Assembly (NCBI GenBank): GCA_031414535.1
Contig: JANNVQ010000029.1
Coordinates: forward strand, 96,001-160,000
Source of the DNA: Gemmatimonas sp.
Lineage (GTDB): Bacteria > Gemmatimonadota > Gemmatimonadetes > Gemmatimonadales > Gemmatimonadaceae
Reading direction: 5' to 3'
DNA length: 64,000 nucleotides
The notes below the pieces were generated by a model. The model ran no database searches and was not told where the DNA came from. It saw nothing but the letters and a program-made list of their open reading frames with translations. A program made the position numbers and the translations under genes. Positions 24,105 to 34,050 of this stretch are shown here, piece by piece (the first letter of the stretch is position 1; every line of letters starts with the position of its first letter).

Positions 24105-27100
24105 CTGTCGAGGACGCGGCGTACTTCCTGCACCAAGTCGCGGACGCCGTAGGGCTTTGAGATGAAATTCCATTCGCCGTCGGGAGTGAAGCGGTCGGAG
24201 ACGACGTCGGCTGAGTAGCCCGAGGTGAAGAGTATCTTCAGGTGGGGGCGGCGTTTCTTGAGCTCTTCGGCGAGTTCGATGCCTGTCATGCCGGGCATGA
24301 CGAGGTCCGTGAGTACGAGGTCGAGATTCCCCTGATGCGACTCGAGCAGTGCAAGCGCCGCCGGGCCCGAGTCCGCCTCGAGGACGGTGTAGCCAGAGCG
24401 CTCGAGCACGCGCGTCGCCACAAAGCGGATGGACGCCTCGTCCTCGACGACGAGCACGGTTTCTTTGCCTCGCGGCACCCCGCGGGTCGGCGCCGAGGTC
24501 TGCTCGTCGGCGACCTCATCCGTGACCGGGAGGTAGATGCGGAACGTGGTGCCGATGCCGATTTCGCTGTAGCACCAGATGCTACCGCCCGACTGCTTGA
24601 CGATGCCATATACCGTGGAGAGGCCCAGTCCGGTGCCGCGGCCCTGTTCCTTGGTGGTGAAAAAGGGCTCGAAAATCTTGGCCTGGGTAGCCCTGTCCAT
24701 GCCCACTCCGGTGTCGGTAACAACGAGCGTCACGTATGGACCTTCGGTCATCCCCTCGCGGCGTGCGGCGTGTTCTTCGTCGATGGTCGCTTGTCCGGTG
24801 CTGATGGTCAGCGTGCCACCGCGTGGCATGGCGTCGCGCGCGTTCACGCAGAGGTTCATCAGCACCTGTTCCAGCTGACCCGCGTCGGCGAAGATCGCGG
24901 GGACCTTCGGCGCGAGCTTGAGGTCCAGGTGGATGTCCTCTCCAATCACCCGGCTCAGCATCGCGAGGAACTTGGTGACGACGTCGTTGAGATTGAGCAC
25001 TTCACGCTTGAGCACTTGCTGACGGCTGAAGGCGAGCAGCTGCCTGGTCAGGCGTGCCGCCCGCTCACCCGCATTGCGAATCTCTGCGATGTCGTGGCGC
25101 ACGGGATGCTCGGCCGTGAGTTCACCCAGTGCGAGGTCCGCCGAGGTGGTGATGACGGTGAGGAGGTTGTTGAAGTCGTGCGCGACGCCACCTGCGAGAC
25201 GCCCAACGGATTCCATCTTCTGGGAGCGCGTGAGCTGGGATTGCAGTTCCTCACGTTCGTTAAGCGACTTCATGCGCTCGGAGATGTCGCGGGCGATACT
25301 GAGCATCAAGCTGCGCTGACCGATGTCAATCACCGTGAGCGCAACTTCAACCGGTACTTGGTCGCCATCCTTCCGGCGGTACGTGCTTGGGCGGAGCAGG
25401 CCGCCCGCGTTGCGGACAGCGGTGGCCACCGTCGCGAGGCCGCCTTGCGCGCCGATATCCGCCACGATGTCAGCGGGTCCAAGGGCTCGCATTTCCGTTT
25501 CGGTGTACGCGAGCTGGGCGAGGGCGGCGGCGTTGAAGTCAACGAAGAGGCCGGTGGACAGGTCGGAGACGTAGATAGCGTCGGCGGAGCGATCGATGAC
25601 CTGCCGGAACAAGGTGAGTTGTTCGCGCTGTGCGTCCAAGGTTCGCTGGTTGCGGAGCACGGCCACGCCGAACGAGATGTCGCGTCCGAGTTCGGTGGCG
25701 AGCGCGAGTTCCTCGGCGTCGAAGGCGTTTGGCTCGTCGGCGTAGAGCATCAAGCCACCCACCACGTCGTTATTGACCGAGAGCGGAATGGACAGTGACG
25801 ACTGGTAGCCGCGCTCGCTTGCTGCCTTGCGCCAGGGTTCGTAGTTCTGTTCGGACAGAAGGTTCTGGGCGACTTGCGGTTCGCCGCTGCGTAAGCAACG
25901 CCCGGTGGGCCCTCGGCCACGTTCGTTGTCACCCCAGCTAATTGGGTTCTCTCGCAAATAGCCCAGCGCGTTGCCGGCGATGGCCACCGGGAGCACGCTT
26001 TGTTCTTCATCGTGCTGTTTGGCTCCAACCCACGCCATCCGGTAGCCGCCATCTCGGACGGCCACGTCACAAACAATCTGCAAGAGTTCCTGCTCGACCT
26101 CTGCCCGGACGATGGCGTGGTTGACGGCACCGCGCATGCGGAGGACGCGCTCCGAGCGGCGTAGCGAGGCTTCCGTCAGTCGGCGGCGGGTAATGTCCGT
26201 GATGGCGCCGCCCATGCGCGTCGCCCGACCGCGCTCATCTCGTTCGGCCTCCCCTCGCGTGCGAATCCACCGCGGGCTCTCTGTGCTACTGCTCCTGAGC
26301 TTCATCTCAAGGTCGTAGGGCTCGCCGAACTCGAGATGCCGGGCCAGCACGAGCTCGTGCCGTGCAGCATCCGCAGGGTCGAAGTACGACAGCAAATCGG
26401 AGACGCGGTGAATCTTCGCATCAAGGGAGACGCCGACAATCTCCCGCCAGCGCGGAGAGACGAACACCTCCCCGGAACTGAAGTCCCAGTCCCAGAGGCC
26501 GTCCGTGGTGCCGCGAAGCGCACGCGCGTAGCGCGCCTCATTGCGGCGCAGTTCCTCAATGCCGCGTTCGCGGTCGGCGAGGAGGGCGAGTTCGCGCTGC
26601 GTGCGTGCCAGATCCCGTCGGTACCACAGTGCGTAGATGACCGCGGCCACGCCAAGGAGAAAGAGGAGCACCACGAGCGTCGCGCGTAGCGCGGCACGCC
26701 GGATGGGCTCGCGGATCTCCGCTTCATCCACCTTGGCCACGAGCAACCAGCTGGTGCGGGGGATGGCGAGCACGGTTCCGCGCACGGAGACCCCACGGTA
26801 GTCCAGCGCCCCGATGCTGCCGCTCTCCCGTTGCAAGGCCCGAGCGACGAGCGCGGTCGAGTCGCTGCGGGCGACGGTGACCCGAAGTGCAAGGGTGGCC
26901 TCAGTGTTCGGGTCAGAGAGTAGGTGCAGCGAATCGGGCTCCGCTCGCCAGAGCAAGAACTCGCCGGTTCGGTACGCCACTGGCACTTCGCGCATCATGG
27001 GGAAAAGGGCGCGATTGGCGTCCACCACCAGCGCCACCCAGGCGCCTGGAGAGTCGTCGCGACCGGGATTGCGTGGAAGAGGCGCCCAGAACACCATCCG

Positions 27101-28177
27101 CGTCGACGGCCCCACGCGATGCAGATCGTCTACGATGACGCTGTCGGTGGCGGGGAGACGCTCGATCCGCCGCTGCAGGTCCTGTTGCAACTTGTCATCG
27201 AGCGCACCGGCTGCGGCGACGAAGCGCCGCCCCCCGTCATAGAGTGCGATACGCTCGTAGTCACTTTCCTGCTGCAGGGCCACGAGCCAAGCCTGCACGG
27301 CGCGGCGGTCGGCGGCGCTCGCGGTCGGGGTGGCCTGCCGAATGAAGCTCTCGGATGGCTGCATGCGCTTACTGACCGCCCGCGCCGTGAGCATCTGCCC
27401 CCGGTACCACGTCGCAATCTCTCGGGACTTGAGAGTGACAATCGTACCCAGCGTGGTGGTCAGGCGGCGTTCATTACGCGCGACCTCGCCGCGATACCAG
27501 AAGTAGCCGGAGGTGAGCACGATGCCCGAGAGCAGCATCGCGAGCCAGACAAAGGCGCCCTTAGACGGCACGACGCCGGGCCGGGCGCTTGGACTGACGA
27601 GACGCAGCGGCCAGGTATCGGGGCCGAGATCGAGTAGCGCGGCAATGCTACAGACTCCGAGCAAGGTCGCGGTGGGGGCAGCGACCGGAATCATGTCGCC
27701 ACCGTAGAGCAACGGAACGCCCAAGGCGTAGCCCTGCAGGATGACGATGCTGCTCGCCAACACGAGTGACGGAATGATGCCCTGCAGGAGGCGTCGTTCC
27801 TGTGAGCTTCTGAGCAACAGCGCAGTGGCGGTACCGGCCAAAAGGAAGGCCGTGATGAGGCTGACGCGGCCGATGCGAATGCCGCCGCGTACTTCCGATG
27901 TGCCCGAGAGCCAGCGCTCAAACGACAGGTCGTAGCCAATTGACTGCGAGGCGACGAACGCGAGCGAGAGAATGAGCGCTGCGGCGGCGAAGACCTGAGA
28001 GAGCGGGGTAGCTGCCGTTCCATGCGTGCGCCAGCGCACCGTAAGCAGTGCGGTGCCGAGCAGGACGAAGAGCAGTCCGCTTCCTGGGGCCATCGGGACC
28101 TGCCCTGGTCCAAATGTCAGCAGGTTACCGTACCCTGCGATCCAGACCGGGATGGAGGCAGCACCGATGCCCGCCAC
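24101..28177 (-). CDS. Hybrid sensor histidine kinase/response regulator (TM sensor, PAS, GAF, PAS, HisKA, HATPase, REC)
   Basis: QKMESVGRLAGGVAHDFNNLL H-box, NLCVNARDAM, FEPFFTTK..GTGLGL, receiver VLVVEDE..LTDLVMPG, and PAS DGLWDW. Start codon uncertain. Confidence 0.93.
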   Translation of the reverse strand: MAGIGAASIPVWIAGYGNLLTFGPGQVPMAPGSGLLFVLLGTALLTVRWRTHGTAATPLSQVFAAAALILSLAFVASQSIGYDLSFERWLSGTSEVRGGIRIGRVSLITAFLLAGTATALLLRSSQERRLLQGIIPSLVLASSIVILQGYALGVPLLYGGDMIPVAAPTATLLGVCSIAALLDLGPDTWPLRLVSPSARPGVVPSKGAFVWLAMLLSGIVLTSGYFWYRGEVARNERRLTTTLGTIVTLKSREIATWYRGQMLTARAVSKRMQPSESFIRQATPTASAADRRAVQAWLVALQQESDYERIALYDGGRRFVAAAGALDDKLQQDLQRRIERLPATDSVIVDDLHRVGPSTRMVFWAPLPRNPGRDDSPGAWVALVVDANRALFPMMREVPVAYRTGEFLLWRAEPDSLHLLSDPNTEATLALRVTVARSDSTALVARALQRESGSIGALDYRGVSVRGTVLAIPRTSWLLVAKVDEAEIREPIRRAALRATLVVLLFLLGVAAVIYALWYRRDLARTQRELALLADRERGIEELRRNEARYARALRGTTDGLWDWDFSSGEVFVSPRWREIVGVSLDAKIHRVSDLLSYFDPADAARHELVLARHLEFGEPYDLEMKLRSSSTESPRWIRTRGEAERDERGRATRMGGAITDITRRRLTEASLRRSERVLRMRGAVNHAIVRAEVEQELLQIVCDVAVRDGGYRMAWVGAKQHDEEQSVLPVAIAGNALGYLRENPISWGDNERGRGPTGRCLRSGEPQVAQNLLSEQNYEPWRKAASERGYQSSLSIPLSVNNDVVGGLMLYADEPNAFDAEELALATELGRDISFGVAVLRNQRTLDAQREQLTLFRQVIDRSADAIYVSDLSTGLFVDFNAAALAQLAYTETEMRALGPADIVADIGAQGGLATVATAVRNAGGLLRPSTYRRKDGDQVPVEVALTVIDIGQRSLMLSIARDISERMKSLNEREELQSQLTRSQKMESVGRLAGGVAHDFNNLLTVITTSADLALGELTAEHPVRHDIAEIRNAGERAARLTRQLLAFSRQQVLKREVLNLNDVVTKFLAMLSRVIGEDIHLDLKLAPKVPAIFADAGQLEQVLMNLCVNARDAMPRGGTLTISTGQATIDEEHAARREGMTEGPYVTLVVTDTGVGMDRATQAKIFEPFFTTKEQGRGTGLGLSTVYGIVKQSGGSIWCYSEIGIGTTFRIYLPVTDEVADEQTSAPTRGVPRGKETVLVVEDEASIRFVATRVLERSGYTVLEADSGPAALALLESHQGNLDLVLTDLVMPGMTGIELAEELKKRRPHLKILFTSGYSADVVSDRFTPDGEWNFISKPYGVRDLVQEVRRVLDS

Positions 28178-28384
28178 TCCTGCGCCAAGCCACTGGGCTG
28201 CCCGTCGCCAGTTTTTGGTCAGCGCGTCCAGTTCACCCTGGGGTTCGATAGGTGTTCGCCTTGTGGTCGGTTGTGCCCAGATTTCTCATCGAGTATCGGC
28301 TGCCCCTAATCTCGCCCTGCTGCACTGGGCCGGATAGGGGCAGACTGCTAGCGGCCTCCCCGGCCACGGGACACATTCCCAGTC

Positions 28385-29665
28385 ATGCCTGCCATCCCTC
28401 GCCGTGCTGTCTGGAGCTGGATCCTCTACGACCTCGCCAACACCATCTTCTCGATGGGCGTTGTCTCGCTGTACTTCTCGCTGTGGGTGCGCGATGCCGT
28501 GGGTGCCGAACGGGCAGACACGGTATACGGCATCATCACCGCAGTATCGATGGGCATTATCTTCGTGATCTCGCCCCTATTGGGAGCGATGACGGACCGT
28601 GCGGCCCGCCGGATGCCGTTCCTCATCACCAGTACCGTGATTTGCGTGGCGCTCACGGCGGTGCTCGCCCGCGGTGGCTATTGGGTCACGATGCTGGCCT
28701 TTGTGCTGGCTAATGCCGCCTACCAAGCCGGCCTGCAGTTCTACGATGCCTTGCTGCCAGAGGTGACCACCGAGGAGAACCGCGGTCGCATCTCGGGTAT
28801 GGGGGTGGGCATCGGCTACCTCGGCTCATACTTCGCCGTCGGCATTGGCTTCCTGCCGCAGTCATCGGACAAGCCGTTTCTGTTCACGGCCATCGCCATC
28901 GCGTTCTTGGCGCTGAGCATCCCCTGCTTCCTGTTCGTGAAGGAGCGCGGCAATCCCAATCCGCGTCCGGTCTTTGGACTCGCGGTCATCAAGGACAGCA
29001 CGAAGGAAACGTTGCGCACGTTGCGCAGCGGCGGCGAGTATCCGGGATTGATTCGATTCTTGGTGGGCCGCGTGTTCTACACGGACGCCATCAACACCGT
29101 GATCAGCATCATGTCCCTCTACACCGTGAATGTGGTGGTGCAGTCTGGCCTGCCCACGTCCGAGGGCGAAACGAAGGCACGTTTCATCATGCTCGCGGCC
29201 ATCTCCTTCGCCGTGATTGGTGGATTCGTGTGGGGCCATCTCGTTGATAAGCTCGGACCCAAGCGCACGCTTGACTACGTGCTCTGGCTCTGGGTCGCGA
29301 CGTTTCTCGGCGCCGCGTCCGTCGGTTTGTTGGGCCTCCCGTGGCAGACCTTGTTCTTGGTGGCGTCAATGGCCGGTGTAGCACTCGGCGGCATCTGGAG
29401 CGCGGATCGGCCACTCATGCTACGCCTGACGCCCCCGGATCGCATCGGCGAGTTCTATGGCCTGTACGGGATGGTGGGGCGGTTTAGCGCGATCACGGGC
29501 CCCGTGATATGGGCCTTCGTCGCTTGGCTCTGCATCGGCAAGCTGGGCATGTCGCCGGCCAAGGGTCAGGGTATCGGCGTCCTGGTGTTGCTGAGCTTCA
29601 TTTTTGTGGCGCGGGCGATTCTTGGGCCGGTGACGGATACGCCACGGGAATGGAAGAAGACGTGA
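28385..29665 (+). CDS. MFS transporter (UMF1/Atg22-like family)
   Basis: WSWILYDLAN, SPLLGAMTD, FYDALLP..RGRISGMG and GEFYGLY; about 12 TM helices. Confidence 0.88.
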   Translation: MPAIPRRAVWSWILYDLANTIFSMGVVSLYFSLWVRDAVGAERADTVYGIITAVSMGIIFVISPLLGAMTDRAARRMPFLITSTVICVALTAVLARGGYWVTMLAFVLANAAYQAGLQFYDALLPEVTTEENRGRISGMGVGIGYLGSYFAVGIGFLPQSSDKPFLFTAIAIAFLALSIPCFLFVKERGNPNPRPVFGLAVIKDSTKETLRTLRSGGEYPGLIRFLVGRVFYTDAINTVISIMSLYTVNVVVQSGLPTSEGETKARFIMLAAISFAVIGGFVWGHLVDKLGPKRTLDYVLWLWVATFLGAASVGLLGLPWQTLFLVASMAGVALGGIWSADRPLMLRLTPPDRIGEFYGLYGMVGRFSAITGPVIWAFVAWLCIGKLGMSPAKGQGIGVLVLLSFIFVARAILGPVTDTPREWKKT

Positions 29666-29723
29666 GAGGTAAGAGGTGAGACGTGAGAGCCTACCTCGCG
29701 TCACCTCTCATGTCTCATGTCTC
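29662..29723. repeat. Heptamer-built inverted repeat between convergent genes (possible bidirectional terminator)
   Basis: GTGAGAG GTAAGAG GTGAGAC GTGAGAG ... CTCGCGT CACCTCT CATGTCT CATGTCT CA. Confidence 0.75.
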
Positions 29724-29724
29724 A

Positions 29725-30261
29725 TTACGGTGCAATAACCTCATACCCCTGCGTCGCCAGAATCGCGTGCGCGGTGCCCGCCGTTGTCGCGACCTTCACA
29801 AAGGGCAATAGCTCGGCACGCGGCACGTTGCGGTTGATCAGGGCCTGACCGCAGACGATGATCTGCACGCCGGCCTCGTGGAGCGCGGTGAGCAGTGCGA
29901 TGCTGCCGTTGTCCGCGCCAGTGCGCGTCTTGTAGGCGGCGTTGTTCATGAGCGAGGGCGTTGCTGTGCCGTGCACGATGATGGCGAGCTTGACGTTGCT
30001 GCGCGAGACGCCGTTGGCGTCCATCAAGCGGAAGAAATTCGCCGGCGTCCGAAATCCATCAGCAATGCCGCTCGGCTGCTCAGGAGCGACCGTCACGTGC
30101 CACGCCATCTTATACACGAGGTCCCGTGGCGCCGCAAAATCCGGATCAGTGATGGCGGGCGTGCCGCCAATCTGGCGAATCAATGCTTCGCCGGTCTGCG
30201 CGGAGACTTGCAGGGGCGCGACGAGCAGCGCAGCGACGCAGAGCAGTTTGGTGCGAATCAT
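29725..30261 (-). CDS. Exported DsrE-family protein
   Basis: Signal peptide MIRTKLLCVAALLVAPLQVSA; AIIVHGTA and GVQIIVCGQAL motifs. Confidence 0.75.
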   Translation of the reverse strand: MIRTKLLCVAALLVAPLQVSAQTGEALIRQIGGTPAITDPDFAAPRDLVYKMAWHVTVAPEQPSGIADGFRTPANFFRLMDANGVSRSNVKLAIIVHGTATPSLMNNAAYKTRTGADNGSIALLTALHEAGVQIIVCGQALINRNVPRAELLPFVKVATTAGTAHAILATQGYEVIAP

Positions 30262-30299
30262 CGGTGAGGTCCGGTGTGGGTGACGTTGCAAGCTAGCGC

Positions 30300-31394
30300 T
30301 TACGGCGGCGACCAGCGAAGGCGAGCTGCGGTTGGCGCCTTGAGACTGCCGAGCCAAAGCCAGCCTTCGGTCTCAAGCGCCGAGGTGAGTGAGGGGAGCT
30401 TGCCGCTGGGGTCCTGCAGGTCGGCGACCACGCGCCAGGTGGAGTCCACGGCGACAAGGTGCCCGTAGTTCTTGGGGCCGGGTCTGAGCGCGGCGGGTAA
30501 CCGTAGCAAGACTTTACGCAGCATCGGCTTGTCGGCCATCCAATCAGCGATGCCGCTGCGCGGGGACACCAAGGCAATCCAATAGCGACCGTTGAGACCG
30601 CGTCGCAGGTTGTCCGGAAAGCCAGGAAGGTCGGTCACCACGGCTTGCATGGCGCCGCGCGCCACACCACTGCGTTCGATGCGCAGCACACGATAGTTGC
30701 CCATCTCATTTACGAGCAGGGCAGCACCATCGTGGGTCACGGCAATGCCATTGGGGAAGACCAAGCCGCCAGCAATCTCGGAGGTGGCCCCGCTGGCTGG
30801 ATCGTACTCAATCACCCGACCGTTGCCGCGATGCTCCACGACCTCAAGGATGCTGGCGTCCAAGGCATCGTACTTGGGCCAGTAGAACTTTGTCGACGCA
30901 TCGGTGAAGTAGACACGGCCATCCGGGGCAACATCCACATCATCCGCGAAGCGGATGGGACGTCCTGCGGCCTCCGTGGCCATTACGAGCACGGCGGCGC
31001 TCGGGGAGACCGTCAGGAGGCCGCGGCGGCCATCGGCCACCCAGAGCGTACCGCTGGAATCGAAGGCCATCCCAAGTGGACGCCCTCCGGTGTTGGCCCA
31101 GCGTTGCGGGTTTTGGCCCGTGGAGTCTAGGCGGAGAATCCAGCCGCTGTACGTGGAGAGGTAGAGGCGCCCCTCGCGGTCCCTCGCGATGGCCTCGGGG
31201 CCGATGTCCTCGCCGATAGGCAAGAGCTCCATCGGGCTCAACTTCTCGTTTGCCTCAAACACACCCGTGTAGCGAGGATTGTGCGGGGCCTCCCAGCCCA
31301 CGGGGGCGATGGGCACCGGCCAGGCTAGTAGGTAAGCCAAGAGCAGCAGGAAGAGGCCGCCGAGGACCGCCTGCGCTTTTCGGGGACGGGTCAT
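30300..31394 (-). CDS. SMP-30/gluconolactonase / strictosidine-synthase-like six-bladed propeller
   Basis: GPEAIA, TGGRPLG, FADDVDV, YFTDAS, FPNGIA and LPGFPDN; N-terminal anchor. Confidence 0.9.
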   Translation of the reverse strand: MTRPRKAQAVLGGLFLLLLAYLLAWPVPIAPVGWEAPHNPRYTGVFEANEKLSPMELLPIGEDIGPEAIARDREGRLYLSTYSGWILRLDSTGQNPQRWANTGGRPLGMAFDSSGTLWVADGRRGLLTVSPSAAVLVMATEAAGRPIRFADDVDVAPDGRVYFTDASTKFYWPKYDALDASILEVVEHRGNGRVIEYDPASGATSEIAGGLVFPNGIAVTHDGAALLVNEMGNYRVLRIERSGVARGAMQAVVTDLPGFPDNLRRGLNGRYWIALVSPRSGIADWMADKPMLRKVLLRLPAALRPGPKNYGHLVAVDSTWRVVADLQDPSGKLPSLTSALETEGWLWLGSLKAPTAARLRWSPP

Positions 31395-31440
31395 AGTTTG
31401 AATGTAGCGCCAATTTTCACCGTCAAATCAGGGCTTCCCC

Positions 31441-33228
31441 GTGCTGAATCGCCGAGACCTCGCATTCCTCCTCTATGAACTTCTTGGCGCCGACGAACTG
31501 GCGGCGCGTACACGATTCAAGGACCAAGGCCGCGAGGTCTACGACGCGGTGCTCGACACCGCCGAGGGCGTAGCGCGGGACTTTTACGCCCCCAATCGCA
31601 AGGCCAACGATCAGCAGGAGCCAGAGGTCCGAGACGGCCAGGTCGTCCTACAACCCGGCGTGAAGCCGGCCTGGGATGCTACGGCGGAATCGGGTATCAT
31701 AGCGGCGACTCATGATGAGGCGCGCGGTGGATTGCAGCTGCCACACGTGATCGCCGGCGCGGCCATCGCACATTTGGAAGCGGCCAACATCGGCACTGCG
31801 AGTTACCCGATGCTGACCGCCGGCGCGTCCAACCTCATCAACGCCTTTGGCGCTGAAGATCAGAAGCAGCGTTGGCTGCCACCGATGCTCACAGGGCGCT
31901 TCTCCGGCACGATGGCACTCACCGAGCCCGATGCTGGATCTTCGCTCTCGGACATTCGCACCAAGGCCATTCCTCAGTCCAACGGCACGTATCACATCGA
32001 GGGAACGAAGATCTGGATCTCCGGTGGCGAACACGAGCTCACAGAGAACATCGTGCACCTCGTCTTAGCGCGCATCGCAGGCGCACCGGCGGGCACCAAG
32101 GGCATCTCGCTGTTCATCGTGCCGCGCAAGAAGGTGTCGGCCAGTGGCAGCTCCGGCGACACCAACCACGTGACGCTCGGCGGACTCATTCACAAGATGG
32201 GATGGCGCGGCACCACGAGCACTCTGCTCAACTTCGGCGAACGTGGTGAATGCGTGGGCGAGCTGGTGGGTGAGCCGCATCACGGGCTGGCCTACATGTT
32301 CCATATGATGAACGAAGCGCGCATCGGTGTGGGGCGCGCGGCCACGGCGATGGGATGCTCCGCGTACGCGTCGGCGCTCGAGTACGCGCAGCAACGTAAG
32401 CAGGGACGTTTGCCCGGTGAGAAGGATCCAAAGCGTCCGCCGGTGGCCATCATCGAGCACGCCGATGTGCGACGTATGTTGCTGACCGCCAAGACTGCCG
32501 CCGAAGGCTCGCTGCATCTCGTGCTGCTGTGTTCACGCTTGGTGGATGAGCAGGAGACTGCGCCGGACGAGGCGGCCCGCGCCCGCGCCACGCGCTTGCT
32601 TGAAGTGCTGACGCCAATTGCCAAGACGTGGCCGAGCGTGTACTGCCAGGAGGGCATCTCCGCCGCCGTGCAGGTGATGGGCGGCTACGGCTACGCGCGC
32701 GAGTACGATGTGGAGCAACTGTATCGCGATAATCGCCTGAATCAGATTCACGAAGGCACCAACGGCATTCAGGCGCTGGATCTCTTGGGTCGCAAGGTGA
32801 TGCAGGAGCAGGGCGAGTGCTTCAAGGTTTTGCTGAGCGAACTCCAGCAGCTAGCTGCTGGCGCCAACTCGGTTGCGCTCGCACCGCTTGCTGCGCAGTT
32901 GAAGGACGCGAGCGCCAAGATGGCCGGGGTGACGCAGTCGCTAGCGAAGGGAATCATGGCTGAACCCACACGTGGGCTCGCAAACGCTACGGCGTACTTG
33001 GAGATGGTGTCGCGCGTGGTGTACGCGGCGTTGTGGCTGCGGCAGGCCGTGGTGGCCGAGGCAGCTATGGCGAGCGGTGCGCAGGGCGGGGATGTGGCGT
33101 TCTACGAGGGCAAGCTACAGGCCGCGAAGTTCTACTTTGGATTTGAATTACCCAAGTACGAGACGGACGCGGCGCTGTTGCTGCGCAATGATGCGGCGGC
33201 GCTCGAGATGAAGACGGAGTGGTTCTAG
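31441..33228 (+). CDS. Acyl-CoA dehydrogenase (long form)
   Basis: GTMALTEPDAGSSL, GTKIWISGG, KGISLFIVP, MFHMMNEARIGVG, GGYGY and IHEGTNGIQ. Confidence 0.95.
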   Translation: MLNRRDLAFLLYELLGADELAARTRFKDQGREVYDAVLDTAEGVARDFYAPNRKANDQQEPEVRDGQVVLQPGVKPAWDATAESGIIAATHDEARGGLQLPHVIAGAAIAHLEAANIGTASYPMLTAGASNLINAFGAEDQKQRWLPPMLTGRFSGTMALTEPDAGSSLSDIRTKAIPQSNGTYHIEGTKIWISGGEHELTENIVHLVLARIAGAPAGTKGISLFIVPRKKVSASGSSGDTNHVTLGGLIHKMGWRGTTSTLLNFGERGECVGELVGEPHHGLAYMFHMMNEARIGVGRAATAMGCSAYASALEYAQQRKQGRLPGEKDPKRPPVAIIEHADVRRMLLTAKTAAEGSLHLVLLCSRLVDEQETAPDEAARARATRLLEVLTPIAKTWPSVYCQEGISAAVQVMGGYGYAREYDVEQLYRDNRLNQIHEGTNGIQALDLLGRKVMQEQGECFKVLLSELQQLAAGANSVALAPLAAQLKDASAKMAGVTQSLAKGIMAEPTRGLANATAYLEMVSRVVYAALWLRQAVVAEAAMASGAQGGDVAFYEGKLQAAKFYFGFELPKYETDAALLLRNDAAALEMKTEWF

Positions 33229-33244
33229 GCGAGCAGGCTCGGCC

Positions 33245-33958
33245 TTAGGGGCAGCTCGCTGGAATCACGAGTTGCTCGCGGGGGCCGAGGAAGGAGCCGA
33301 CCAGAGCACCGATTATCGCGTTGCCAATCACGATGCCCGGCAGGTCGCCGGGCGGCAGCTCAGGGTCGAACATTCCTCCAACCAGTCCGATCCCGCCTAC
33401 GATACTGCCTCCGATGATAGCTCCACGCTTTCGATTGCGGGCGCCTCTGGCTGTGATGGGTGTGCTAGGCGTGCGACCGTCTACGTGACGCCAACCTTCG
33501 CAGCCCATCGTGCCGTTGGACACTGGCGCCCATCGCTCTGACGCGGTCGCAAAGCCGACGCCGGCGCCGACAACCGCTCCAACGGGAGGCAGCACGAAGT
33601 ACAGCAGCGTCTCCAATCCCTCGCCTTGGAATTCAGGCACGGAGGCCATCAGGACAATCGTGGCGAGGCCCCCAATGAGTGCCCCACGCCCCATCCCGCG
33701 AGCGCTGTTGTAGCCGCTTGATTGTTGTAGGGCGATGTCGGCCCTGCGCATGCGGATGGCCGTGCCCGTATTGGCGAATCCCATGGTCAGTGAATCGGCA
33801 CCGGCTTCCCGCACATAGCCGTACGCCCAAGGGCCGTCTGGGCCGGAGAGCTTGGCGCGGATGCGCTTGCCTGCGAGGAGATCAACGGGGCGTTCATACT
33901 GGCACTCGGCCAGGCTCGGGGCGAGCAAAAGAATGAAGGCAGCGAGTAGGCGTTTCAT
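33245..33958 (-). CDS. Hypothetical exported/membrane protein with glycine-zipper-like helices
   Basis: Signal peptide followed by two GAxIGG..GAxVG hydrophobic hairpins. Confidence 0.6.
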   Translation of the reverse strand: MKRLLAAFILLLAPSLAECQYERPVDLLAGKRIRAKLSGPDGPWAYGYVREAGADSLTMGFANTGTAIRMRRADIALQQSSGYNSARGMGRGALIGGLATIVLMASVPEFQGEGLETLLYFVLPPVGAVVGAGVGFATASERWAPVSNGTMGCEGWRHVDGRTPSTPITARGARNRKRGAIIGGSIVGGIGLVGGMFDPELPPGDLPGIVIGNAIIGALVGSFLGPREQLVIPASCP

Positions 33959-34050
33959 GTCTCAACGATAGCGCCAGAACAACGCTGGCGCGTTGCCGGG
34001 CGTAGGGCAAAAGGCTAGTATCTCGATTCCCACCTTCAGCCCCCCGACCG